Shown one piece after another: positions 10,294 to 19,586 of a stretch of 64,000 nt of DNA (its first letter is position 1; the number at the start of each line of letters is the position of its first letter). The notes below the pieces were generated by a model. That model was given only the letters and a program-made list of their open reading frames with translations. It was not told the DNA's origin and did not search any database. The DNA comes from Promethearchaeota archaeon (GTDB taxonomy: Archaea; Asgardarchaeota; Heimdallarchaeia; Hodarchaeales; Hodarchaeaceae): positions 428,921 through 492,920 of the forward strand of contig JBHLMN010000001.1 in NCBI GenBank assembly GCA_048938105.1, read 5' to 3'. The position numbers and the translations under genes were made by a program.

Positions 10294-11067
10294 ATGTCAC
10301 ACACTTATTGTACGAATTGTGGGAAAGAAATTAGCGTAACTGCTCGTTTTTGTCGTTTTTGTGGAACCCCAATAAAAAGATCTCAAGATCCAGCTCCAAC
10401 TCCAAGATCTTCTTCCCCCTCTCTAAGTGTACCTCCCGCACCTACTAGAGAAACGATTACACCTCCAGCTGAAGTAGTCGAAAGAATTCCAGATGAAATT
10501 GTTGAAATTCTTTATGCACGAAAGAGAAAAGATCAAATCAAGACTGAGTTAAAGAAATTACTTGATGAGATTGATGAACTTACTAAAAAAGTTGAGATTG
10601 GACTTATTGATGAAAGCGAATCTACAGAAATGATAGAAGAAATCCAATCCAATGTAGTTACACTTCAAGAAGAACAGAAAACTCTTGAAACTCAACCACT
10701 AGAGCTTGAAACCTTGGTTGAAGATGAGAAAAAATGGCAAAAACGCTTAGAAAAAATCGAAGAGAAAAGACGAGTTCAAGCTGTTTCTGATAGTGTATAT
10801 TCTTCTCTTCGAGATGAATACTCTTCGGAATTAGCTGCTATTCAAAAGAAAGTAGCAGTTGAGGAGCGAAAAGCAAGACGTTGGCTTGTGGACCTTCAGA
10901 AAGAGGCAAGAGATCTTGAAACAAAAATTGAAAGAATTCGTGTTCGTGGGGAAATAGAAGGTCTAAATAAGTCAGAAATCAACCAAAAAACGGAGGAATT
11001 ATCCTTAAACCAAGCCAAAAAAGCAACAGCTTCAGAAGTTCTCACACAGATACTAGGATCTCTTTAG
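10294..11067 (+). CDS. Zinc-ribbon + Pro-rich linker + CdvA-like coiled-coil protein
   Basis: CTNC/CRFC N-terminal ribbon. Repeated helical hairpins (VEIGLIDE; VSDSVYSSLRDEY; IRVRGEIEG) resemble the CdvA coiled-coil repeat. Confidence 0.6.
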   Translation: MSHTYCTNCGKEISVTARFCRFCGTPIKRSQDPAPTPRSSSPSLSVPPAPTRETITPPAEVVERIPDEIVEILYARKRKDQIKTELKKLLDEIDELTKKVEIGLIDESESTEMIEEIQSNVVTLQEEQKTLETQPLELETLVEDEKKWQKRLEKIEEKRRVQAVSDSVYSSLRDEYSSELAAIQKKVAVEERKARRWLVDLQKEARDLETKIERIRVRGEIEGLNKSEINQKTEELSLNQAKKATASEVLTQILGSL

Positions 11068-12389
11068 TGTAAAAAATTAAGGATTTTTTCTTTTTCTTCT
11101 TCCACCTCCTGGGAAAAGGATAATATTTTTTCTTTTATTTCAGGAACCTCCTTTTTAAGTCTGGTAATTTCAGATTCCATTTCATTAAAATCTTGAATCG
11201 TGTTTTGAGCTTCAGAATATTGAGGATCTTGTAGCATCTTTGTCTCGATTTCGTCAAGTTCTTTCTCAAGTTTTCTAAGATGAGCAAATTTTTCTAAAGT
11301 ATCTTTATTTACTATAAATTGTCGTAATTCGCTTGGATCTTCGAACTTAAACCAATTCTTTCCACTTAATAACTCGAAGCCGTGGGTTTCAAAAATAAAG
11401 ACGATCTGTCGCCATAATTCTTCGTTTAATCCTTCATATCTCGTTGGTTCAAGGATTAAACCTAGGAAGTCTTCTTTTTGTTCCAAACTACGACTTTCAC
11501 GTCTTTCAATCATCTTCATATAGCGTTCTAAACCTGTAGTTAGAACTTTTAGGAACAGAGATAAGTCTGGATCTAAGAAAAGCCCTTCTTTTTCCCGTAT
11601 TATTGATGGAATTCCACTTTTTTCCCTATGAAGTTCAATTTGATTTCCATAACGAGGCAAATCTACTTTTATTTCTGCTAAGCTTGCACTTAATTTTGCT
11701 ATTTCATTATTTTTCTTTTTAAATAAGATTTCATATTCTCTTTTCTCTGCATTTTTTTTGGTCAAAATATTTAATAATCGAGAGAGGGAATCAAAAAAAT
11801 TTTTCCCATCTGAATCTTCGATAATAAATAATTCTTGCTTTTTGATAATATCTTCAAGAATAAGGGGATAATTTTCATCAGATAGCAATTTTTGATACGC
11901 TTTCTTAGCATTGCGGATAAATTTCATGTCTTTTTGGTATTTTACTGGGGGATTCACGCTTTTCTTAAATTCCAATTCAATCTTTCTGAGATCAAAATCT
12001 ACAACTTCCAGTTCTTTTCGGTATCCTCTACGAGATCGTGACTTCAATTGAGAAATTACCTGATACGAACTCAAATTTTCAAAAATTTCTTGACATACTG
12101 TTCCATAACGAAACATATTCGCAGTAGATTCTGGGATTGTGTCATCTGACTCCTTTGCTTTTTTAACTATTGTTTTAGACCGATTTATTAATTCTATAGT
12201 GCTTTCTCCCAAACGAAAACCTTTTCTTCCTGTATTAATCTTTAACTGATCTTTCGGAAAATATTTTGAACAAAGTCTAAGCAACCTTTCTTTTGCATAC
12301 TCCTTGGAATCAAATTTTGATACCATATGATATATTTCCTTGATTTTTAATAACCTGAAATCGTCGTCATTATTACTGAAAGGAAACAA
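11064..12389 (-). CDS. Hypothetical coiled-coil protein
   Basis: 441-aa ORF, K/E-rich heptads, no recognisable motif. Confidence 0.75.
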   Translation of the reverse strand: MFPFSNNDDDFRLLKIKEIYHMVSKFDSKEYAKERLLRLCSKYFPKDQLKINTGRKGFRLGESTIELINRSKTIVKKAKESDDTIPESTANMFRYGTVCQEIFENLSSYQVISQLKSRSRRGYRKELEVVDFDLRKIELEFKKSVNPPVKYQKDMKFIRNAKKAYQKLLSDENYPLILEDIIKKQELFIIEDSDGKNFFDSLSRLLNILTKKNAEKREYEILFKKKNNEIAKLSASLAEIKVDLPRYGNQIELHREKSGIPSIIREKEGLFLDPDLSLFLKVLTTGLERYMKMIERRESRSLEQKEDFLGLILEPTRYEGLNEELWRQIVFIFETHGFELLSGKNWFKFEDPSELRQFIVNKDTLEKFAHLRKLEKELDEIETKMLQDPQYSEAQNTIQDFNEMESEITRLKKEVPEIKEKILSFSQEVEEEKEKILNFLH

Positions 12390-12402
12390 ATATCATAAAA
12401 GT

Positions 12403-13089
12403 TCATTCAGAACTCTCAGGTGTAAGAATAACCCAGTCACTCATTCTGAGATTAAGCATCATATCTTCACCATTAGGACATTCAATCCTCAAAACTAATT
12501 GTTTTTTGCTCTGTAATATGACTTCAGGATGCAAGCATCCCTCGCGTAATTTTTCTAGTAAGAAGCGAACATAAGAATCAGAGATCGCAGTCAAAGAACC
12601 ATCTTGTAAGTTTTCAGCCATCTGTCCAGGATATATTTGCACTTTACGACCACTACGTTTTGTTATTATCAGATCAACGTTTTCTAGTCTATTTAGATGA
12701 TATCTAACTGTATCATGATGAACAGATGGAGTTATTCCTTGAGCAATTTGGCTTTGAAAGGCACCAGGGTTGTTTAATACATAATTAAAGATTTTATTGG
12801 CTGTTTTTGGCCTTAAGACAGCGAAAATCCGCTCCGCTTCAGCCGATCGAAGCCCTGCTGGGTAGTAAATGCGTTTTCCCGCATATTTCAGTGATTTAAT
12901 AAGATGATCTTCCTCTAAACGCTTCAAATGCCAATTTAGAGTTCCTTGAGGTAGGTCTAGATATTTAGCCAAATCAAAAAAATACGAGCCAGGATTTTCT
13001 GCTAGGATTGAATATATTTTCCTTCGAAGTGGGTGTAATAAAAGACTAATTTCTCTGTCATCAGAAGCTAAGGTCATATTATGATTCAT
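12403..13089 (-). CDS. Tandem winged-helix (ArsR-like) transcriptional regulator
   Basis: Two repeats of 'I..NPG....lA..l......l.wHL..LE'. Confidence 0.85.
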   Translation of the reverse strand: MNHNMTLASDDREISLLLHPLRRKIYSILAENPGSYFFDLAKYLDLPQGTLNWHLKRLEEDHLIKSLKYAGKRIYYPAGLRSAEAERIFAVLRPKTANKIFNYVLNNPGAFQSQIAQGITPSVHHDTVRYHLNRLENVDLIITKRSGRKVQIYPGQMAENLQDGSLTAISDSYVRFLLEKLREGCLHPEVILQSKKQLVLRIECPNGEDMMLNLRMSDWVILTPESSE

Positions 13090-13420
13090 CTTCTTCGTAG
13101 GATTTTTGTTTAGCGATAGGAAGCGTTCAATGAAGCTCTTGAATAAGAACTGTCTATTGGGGCTCTTGTGTAGCCCTCGGTTTTTATTCTTTCTTTTTTA
13201 AAGATTTGTACCTGAACCTGAATTAACAGAATATTTGGGTGAATAAAGGCTTTTAATGGTATTGTTAGTCTCTTTGAAAATTATAACTGGAATTCTTTAT
13301 TTAAAAATAAATGACTGATATACTTTAGAAGAATCAAAAAGTAGAAAATGAAAAAGGGATGCCCACTTCTTAATCTAAATTAATTGAGGAAAAAAGGAAA
13401 AAAGTGAGTCAAAAAGGAAG

Positions 13421-13840
13421 TTAGGCTACAAGTGTGGTTATATCTACCTTACTTACGCCTTTAATTTCCGCTAGCTCATCTTTCAGCTGTTCTTGTGAGA
13501 TTGTTAGGTCACTGGAATCCAAATAGCCTTCATAGGTACAGCTATCTTGTGTGAAACACAGCCCTGTGCTGTAAAGGGTCTTTATTTTACTTCTCATAAA
13601 GACAACACCCAACTCTTGCAAGAAGTCAGGTGATAGCTCACCGATTTCTATAGCAACTTTAACAACTTCAGGACTTTTAGTCGGAATAATCCTAATGATT
13701 TTTGTCGAAGGAGCAAGGATCATTACAGCAGAACTTTCCTCAACATCCTTGGGGCGTAAGGTTTCAAGAAAGTCAGCAGGAAGGGAAATCGGTTTTGACT
13801 CTTGAAGTTGAATCATTTTTGCGATTGTAACAGCAGACAT
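13421..13840 (-). CDS. Conserved hypothetical protein, possible N-terminal swapped hairpin plus ACT-like C-terminal domain
   Basis: 139-aa ORF preceded by GGAGG. C-terminal ELAEIKGVSKVDI is an ACT-like ending. Confidence 0.6.
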   Translation of the reverse strand: MSAVTIAKMIQLQESKPISLPADFLETLRPKDVEESSAVMILAPSTKIIRIIPTKSPEVVKVAIEIGELSPDFLQELGVVFMRSKIKTLYSTGLCFTQDSCTYEGYLDSSDLTISQEQLKDELAEIKGVSKVDITTLVA

Positions 13841-13974
13841 TTATCTATTATCCTCCGCTAATTATTCTAATTTTCATTATGATCTGAAGGGGTTTCTTAT
13901 GCTTTGAGCTGCTAAGACTAGCAAATCTCATTTACAAACAATTTGGATTGCTTTCTATTTATTAAGGTTTTTAT

Positions 13975-14015
13975 TTTTGCGAGAATTTCGAATTTTTTTG
14001 CGAGAAATTCGAATT
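13975..14015. promoter_or_regulatory. Tandem 20-bp direct repeat (candidate operator) next to a minus-strand BRE/TATA
   Basis: TTTTGCGAGAATTTCGAATT and TTTTGCGAGAAATTCGAATT, 21-bp period. Adjacent minus-strand AAAAACCTTAATAAATA at ~13957-13973. Confidence 0.5.
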
Positions 14016-14565
14016 GAACCTTTGCCTCATAATATCAAAAATCTTTAAGATGTGGGACAGTTAGGTGCTTAGGTTGAGACTAGAGAGGTAAGTACTTCAA
14101 AACTAATTTTGTGTTGAAAAACCTATTAAATATCTTCACATTAGGATCCAATCCAGAATCGGTCATGATTAAACACTTATTTTTATTTATTTGCCCAAAA
14201 AAAACAATAATTCTACTTATAGCTAATACTATCTCTGGAAGATTATTTAAAAATCGGTAAATTTCAGCTTTAATAGTTTAACTTCAATTAATTGTATCTT
14301 AACTCAATACATAGAGAAAGAAGTGATTCATGCTTCATATGGCTGAATATTGATTTTTACTGCAAATATAATTCTGTATTCTTGGGATAAGCATACAAAA
14401 TCATCTAAAAGTGTTTGAATTTATTCGTCATCTTTCTGTTGTGCTAATGATTATTTCTATACTTTCTTCTTATTGTCATGTTGGTTTAGTGATGAAACAA
14501 AGATGCTCATGTTGCATATCGATAAGAGTTCTAAGGATAACTGCAGCTAATCCGAAAATAACTTA

Positions 14566-15300
14566 ATGAAAGGTTATTTTTATAAACCACTCATTAAAGC
14601 TAATCTTTTTGATGAAACATCACCCCTTTTGTTGCTTTTCTCAAGTGTAAGAAAAAAAGTGGGGAAAATTATCATGGTATTAGATAGAGACATTCGATTG
14701 ACGATCCTTGGTCATACTGGTGTAGGAAAAACCAGTCTAATCAAGCGATTGAAAGGAGAAGATCCTACTTCGACAGAAAGAACTTTAGATATAACTGTAG
14801 AGAAAAAGAAAATAACTCTACTGTCGAGTAGTAAGCATTCAAGATTATCCTTTGAGCGATACAGAAAATATAACGTGATTGCAGTAGATAATCCTGGAGA
14901 TTTCAAACTTCGCCGTAAGTGGCGCGAAGCAATGAGAAAATACAAAACAGACGGAATTTTATTTATGTTAGATCCTATCCAAGGAGTAGAAACTCAAAGA
15001 GTGGCAATGGAAGATTCATTCAATTATTTTCTTGACAGTTTGAGCTTAGATCCTGATAAAGCTGATAGAAAAGCAAGAAAAAAGAAAACTCTTTTTTATT
15101 TTGTAATCAATAAGATGGATACAATTGATAATGATAAAAAGAAAGCACGTGTGTTTTTAGAGAATTTCAATATCGTTATCCAAGACTATAAAATGACTTT
15201 TCCTTTCGCTAAATTCTTAGAGGCATTCATTAGTGTTCATAAATCCCCCTACGAGGAAATTGATGCAATTTTTGAAAAATGTAAACGAGCATTATATTAG
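14566..15300 (+). CDS. Ras-superfamily-like small GTPase (true start possibly 14674)
   Basis: G1 GHTGVGKT, G2 T, G3 DNPG, G4 NKMD. Confidence 0.85.
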   Translation: MKGYFYKPLIKANLFDETSPLLLLFSSVRKKVGKIIMVLDRDIRLTILGHTGVGKTSLIKRLKGEDPTSTERTLDITVEKKKITLLSSSKHSRLSFERYRKYNVIAVDNPGDFKLRRKWREAMRKYKTDGILFMLDPIQGVETQRVAMEDSFNYFLDSLSLDPDKADRKARKKKTLFYFVINKMDTIDNDKKKARVFLENFNIVIQDYKMTFPFAKFLEAFISVHKSPYEEIDAIFEKCKRALY

Positions 15301-16138
15301 AAATTATTGGAAAATGTCTAGGATGGAGAAAATTCGACAAGTAATTGTTCGGGATACTCCTGAAAGAGGACTCGATGTCGTAGCTTCTAATTTGCATGAG
15401 AGTCAAACACAAAATATCTCTTTATTCATTCCGGACGAAGAACTTTCTGACTTCAATGAAGTTTTTTTGACTAAATTCCAACATCCTTCAGGAAATATTA
15501 TCCTACGATTCACATTTGATGATGGAATAGACCACTTTGGACGTCAATCAATAAAAACTCACACATTAATCATTGATAGCTCTTTCTATAATGAAAAAAC
15601 AGCTCAGTATTTTATCTCACCATTAATAAATGGATCTATGAATATAGAAGATAATAATATTTTAAAACTGAATGATTTTGAAACACTAGATCCATATCCT
15701 ATATCTTCGAAATTTGTTGAACTTGTTTTAACCAAGAAGCAAGTTCAATTGATGAGTCAAGAAAAAATAGATCCTTTGAATCTTATTCAAATATTTGGAG
15801 CTTTAGATCGTGTAATACCTCCCCCGTTAAATCTAACATTTTCTTTTCAAACAATTGTCTCTCCTAGTCATAAAAAAACTTTAAGGAAACATTCAATAGT
15901 TTATTCATTAGAAAAATTACCCCATTCAGAAGTATTCGAACAGATTCAATTGAAGGAATCGGAGTTTACTTCTATTCAAGCAATATCAAACTGTATTTCA
16001 GATCTGTCCTTGCTCAGGCAGCTACAAAAACAGTTATTCCTAGGGATCCCCGAAAAATGGCTAAATCTAAGACTACAATGGCGTTTTGGGATCAAAAGAT
16101 TTTCTCATATTCGAGAGAACCTGAATACCTATTTCTAA
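15233..16138 (+). CDS. GTPase-associated hypothetical protein (GAP1-N/DENN-like motif)
   Basis: Directly follows the GTPase and has the motif DDGIDHFGRQSIKTHTLII. True start probably near 15314. Confidence 0.6.
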   Translation: MFINPPTRKLMQFLKNVNEHYIRNYWKMSRMEKIRQVIVRDTPERGLDVVASNLHESQTQNISLFIPDEELSDFNEVFLTKFQHPSGNIILRFTFDDGIDHFGRQSIKTHTLIIDSSFYNEKTAQYFISPLINGSMNIEDNNILKLNDFETLDPYPISSKFVELVLTKKQVQLMSQEKIDPLNLIQIFGALDRVIPPPLNLTFSFQTIVSPSHKKTLRKHSIVYSLEKLPHSEVFEQIQLKESEFTSIQAISNCISDLSLLRQLQKQLFLGIPEKWLNLRLQWRFGIKRFSHIRENLNTYF

Positions 16139-16141
16139 CTT

Positions 16142-16357
16142 TTAAGGAATAACTTCTTTATCTTCAAGAATTTTACGAATGCAATGAACTACTTCTGGAT
16201 CAGTATCCTCCAAAACAGCTCTCTTTAAATGATTTTTACTTATTAAAAAATTGTATTTAGCAAGATATTGAGCAGCAAACATCCTTTCGAATTTATCAGG
16301 ATCCTTCTGCAATTTCTCAATCATTAATTCAACATTTTCTTTTTTTGTCTTTGTCAA
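16142..16357 (-). CDS. Small HEAT-repeat protein
   Basis: LQKDPDKFERMFAAQYL...LEDTDPEV resembles PBS-lyase HEAT repeats. Confidence 0.65.
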   Translation of the reverse strand: MTKTKKENVELMIEKLQKDPDKFERMFAAQYLAKYNFLISKNHLKRAVLEDTDPEVVHCIRKILEDKEVIP

Positions 16358-16455
16358 TAGACTCAGTTGAACTGATTCATATTTAAATAAAATAAGTTCT
16401 TGTCATGCGAAGGAAATAAGAATCTAAATTCTTACTAGAACGTGCACATATTAAT

Positions 16456-17217
16456 TTGAAGATATCTTGTCTTGTTGGACATAAAGCTCAAAATAAGGTT
16501 AGAAATGTGAATCTACAATCATCTTTTTCTACCGAACCCGAAAAAATCGATCACATTTTAACAAGATTATTGCAGGCAACAAAAGAACTAAAAGATCCAA
16601 TAGTGACGAGTATATCTAAAACTCGAAAAGATCCTTTTCTAATACTTATAGCTACTATCTTGAGTTTGAGGACGAAAGATGAATTAACATACAAAGCAAG
16701 TCAGCTACTCTTTGCCCGAGCAGATACACCTGCTAAAATACTCGCAATTCCTCTTGAGGAACTTGAACAACTCATCTTTTCTGTAGGTTTTTATCGTCAA
16801 AAAGCAAGAACTATTCATGAATTATGTAAAAGACTTATTGATGAATATAATGGTAAAGTTCCTGATTCTCTAAACGAATTGATAAGTTTTAAAGGTGTGG
16901 GTCGCAAAACTGCTAATTTAGTTATTACAAAAGGATTTGACAAACCAGGGATATGTGTTGATGTTCATGTGGCTCGTATTACTCAACGAATCGGTATCGT
17001 ACCAATCAAAGGTGAAAATGACAATAAACCTATCTTTCATAATGCAGATCAGGTTGAAATGATTTTGAGAAAGATTTTACCAAAGAAATGGTGGATACCA
17101 ATTAATGATATTCTAGTGAGGTGGGGACAAAATATATGTACTCCAATCAGTCCTAAATGCAGTCAATGTGTCATTTACGACTCCTGTTTGAAAATTGGTG
17201 TTCAAAAGCATCGTTAA
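16456..17217 (+). CDS. nth: Endonuclease III (HhH-GPD DNA glycosylase)
   Basis: LIATILSLRTKD, FKGVGRKTAN, VDVHV, Fe-S motif CTPISPKCSQC..C. Confidence 0.94.
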   Translation: MKISCLVGHKAQNKVRNVNLQSSFSTEPEKIDHILTRLLQATKELKDPIVTSISKTRKDPFLILIATILSLRTKDELTYKASQLLFARADTPAKILAIPLEELEQLIFSVGFYRQKARTIHELCKRLIDEYNGKVPDSLNELISFKGVGRKTANLVITKGFDKPGICVDVHVARITQRIGIVPIKGENDNKPIFHNADQVEMILRKILPKKWWIPINDILVRWGQNICTPISPKCSQCVIYDSCLKIGVQKHR

Positions 17218-17243
17218 ATCTGAAAAAAAGTCTAATGTAGAGT

Positions 17244-18401
17244 TCAATAATTTATTTTTGATTGTCTGATAGTCCTATAAGAACCTGAAACATATTTTTC
17301 AGTCTCTAGTCCTCCTCGAAATTGGTTTGTATCAAATCCTTTGCTTCTTGCAATAAAATATGAAAAAAATTCCACTGGAATGGTATAAATCAATGGGGAT
17401 AACACCTCCTTCTTGGGTGTTTTTATAGGTACGAAGTTATAAACTGATGTATCATGCAAGTCTGAGTTTACTAAAACAATAGTCTTAGCATTAACTATCT
17501 CTCGAATAACTGGCTCAATCTCCATTATGCGATTGAAGGAAGAGATGTCAGGGGCTAAAAATATGACAAGACTATGCTGTGTTGTTATAAAATAATTAGT
17601 GTGACAATATTCCTCTATGTCACACGCGAATCCATTCAAAGAAAATTCATACATTTTATACGCCCCAAACAATCCAGTAGGAGCATTAGATCCTGAAGAA
17701 ACAAAAATAATCTTATCTACTAAATTATTTAGGCCATCACTGAGTTTGAGATAAGTTGTTCGCTGATTTAAAGCCCCATTAACTAATTGGAGAACCTCTT
17801 GAAAACGATTAACCCCTTTTTGTAAAGAAAAATGTGATAAGAATTTAATTTGGACTGCAAGATTTGCTAGATAAGTTTTGGTTTGAGCTATATCATGATG
17901 GTATCCTGTATATTCTTTAGCACCTTCAGTAATATATGAGGAAGTTTCCAATGCATCTGGAGGAGACGCATGGATGTAAAGTGTATGGTTTGCCTCTTTA
18001 GCAACCTTACCCTTGGGATTATCAGTGATCCCTAAGATTTCTCCACCATTTTTTTGTGCAAAACGAAGTGCTTCAACTACTCTAGGAGTGTTTCCAGAAA
18101 CTGAAAGAACAATTACAAGGCTTTTATTCAAATATTTGCGATTCAGATAATTTACAAATTCAAATGGAGCGTAATGCTGAATGTTCAGGTCAGGTCGCCA
18201 TTTAGTACCAAGATTCGATCCAAACCAAGCAGCGCAATAGCTATCTCCGGATCCTGTAAAATAGATACGTTTAATATCGCTTTCTAGCAAAGAATCGGAA
18301 ATATTCTTAATGTTATTATCATTAAAAATTGAATCAATAATTCTAGGTTGTTCTAACATTTCTGAAAGCATGAAATCAGGTTTTTCATGAATTTTTGACA
18401 T
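17244..18401 (-). CDS. Double SIS-domain sugar-phosphate isomerase/deglycase (GlmS/FrlB/AgaS-like)
   Basis: EMLEQP, TGSGDS, SVSGNT, QTKTY, K..E...EEYCH. Confidence 0.88.
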   Translation of the reverse strand: MSKIHEKPDFMLSEMLEQPRIIDSIFNDNNIKNISDSLLESDIKRIYFTGSGDSYCAAWFGSNLGTKWRPDLNIQHYAPFEFVNYLNRKYLNKSLVIVLSVSGNTPRVVEALRFAQKNGGEILGITDNPKGKVAKEANHTLYIHASPPDALETSSYITEGAKEYTGYHHDIAQTKTYLANLAVQIKFLSHFSLQKGVNRFQEVLQLVNGALNQRTTYLKLSDGLNNLVDKIIFVSSGSNAPTGLFGAYKMYEFSLNGFACDIEEYCHTNYFITTQHSLVIFLAPDISSFNRIMEIEPVIREIVNAKTIVLVNSDLHDTSVYNFVPIKTPKKEVLSPLIYTIPVEFFSYFIARSKGFDTNQFRGGLETEKYVSGSYRTIRQSKINY

Positions 18402-18752
18402 AAATTCCTTCCTCTAGTAGAAGAACTTATTCTGATGAAAGTAATTATCATGAATTAAAAGTGAAAAAAGAAGTTTATTATTCACTTTCATTACTTCTAA
18501 AATAGTTTTAGACACAAAAATTGGTTAATTCATTGACTTTAAATGTGTCTTCCACTGTTTTTACATCACAGAGGGAAACTTGTCACCAAAATCTATTTTT
18601 ACGATGTTTATTTTAGTAATATTGTGTCACTTAACCAATTTACAATGTAAAAAATTGTAGAAATTTCATATTTTTGTCTTGAACTAAATGTTTATATTGC
18701 ACATTTTTCACAACTTTCACAGTTTTCTCTAATCGATTAAGTAGGGAAGTTC

Positions 18753-19208
18753 ATGATAACTCTAGAGGATTCTATAGAAATCCAAACAACACCTGAAAAA
18801 GTGTTTGCTGCCTTGATAAGAGTTTTTTCTTCACAAGAGTATTTTAAGAAATGGCATCATGACCATATAAAATGTAGTTGGATTAAGGGTGAATCATTTG
18901 AGGTAGGATCGATTCTTTATGTGGAGGAGTATTTACACGGTAAATTGGGAAAAATGAAATTTCTAGGTACAAATGTGGAAATAAACAAAAAAATTGAGTA
19001 TAAACTCCTATTTCCAACATCAATTATTTGTCCTAAAGGTTCTTTTATAATAGAACCAAAAGAAGGAAGTTCTATCTTTACTGCTACCCTTTATTTCAGG
19101 TTTGGTAGGTTTTTCCAGAAATTTGCTAAAAGTAGAGTTGAAGCTATTACCAAACATATGAAAGTAGAAGGTGAGAATCTTAAAAAAATCTTAGAAAATG
19201 AAATATGA
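18753..19208 (+). CDS. SRPBCC (START-like) family protein
   Basis: SIEIQTTPEKVF...W, C-terminal HMKVEGENLKKILE. Confidence 0.82.
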   Translation: MITLEDSIEIQTTPEKVFAALIRVFSSQEYFKKWHHDHIKCSWIKGESFEVGSILYVEEYLHGKLGKMKFLGTNVEINKKIEYKLLFPTSIICPKGSFIIEPKEGSSIFTATLYFRFGRFFQKFAKSRVEAITKHMKVEGENLKKILENEI

Positions 19209-19586
19209 GAAAAATCTAGTTCTCTTAATTCTTTTACACTCAATTGACGCCCATTGACCAATTTGTTCTATAAATTCTATCACTTATTTTCAAGAGAGAT
19301 TTCCATTTGTTTAGAAACCAGAACATTACATAAACCGGTCCAATTTTTATTATATCTACTCGACCTGATATTCAAAGTTTAAATCCTTCTTATTTCCTTA
19401 GTATGTACCGAAGCATATAATTTTCCTGATATAACCAACTTTAAACGAAATTTTTCAAAGCTGAACAACTTAGTTTCCCGATATAACATGAAAAATCCTA
19501 AATAAATGAAGAATAAAGAAATTCTCGTACGAGAGTAAAATTTGACGATAGTGTTTAAACCATAGGACAATCTTAGTTTAAAAAAT

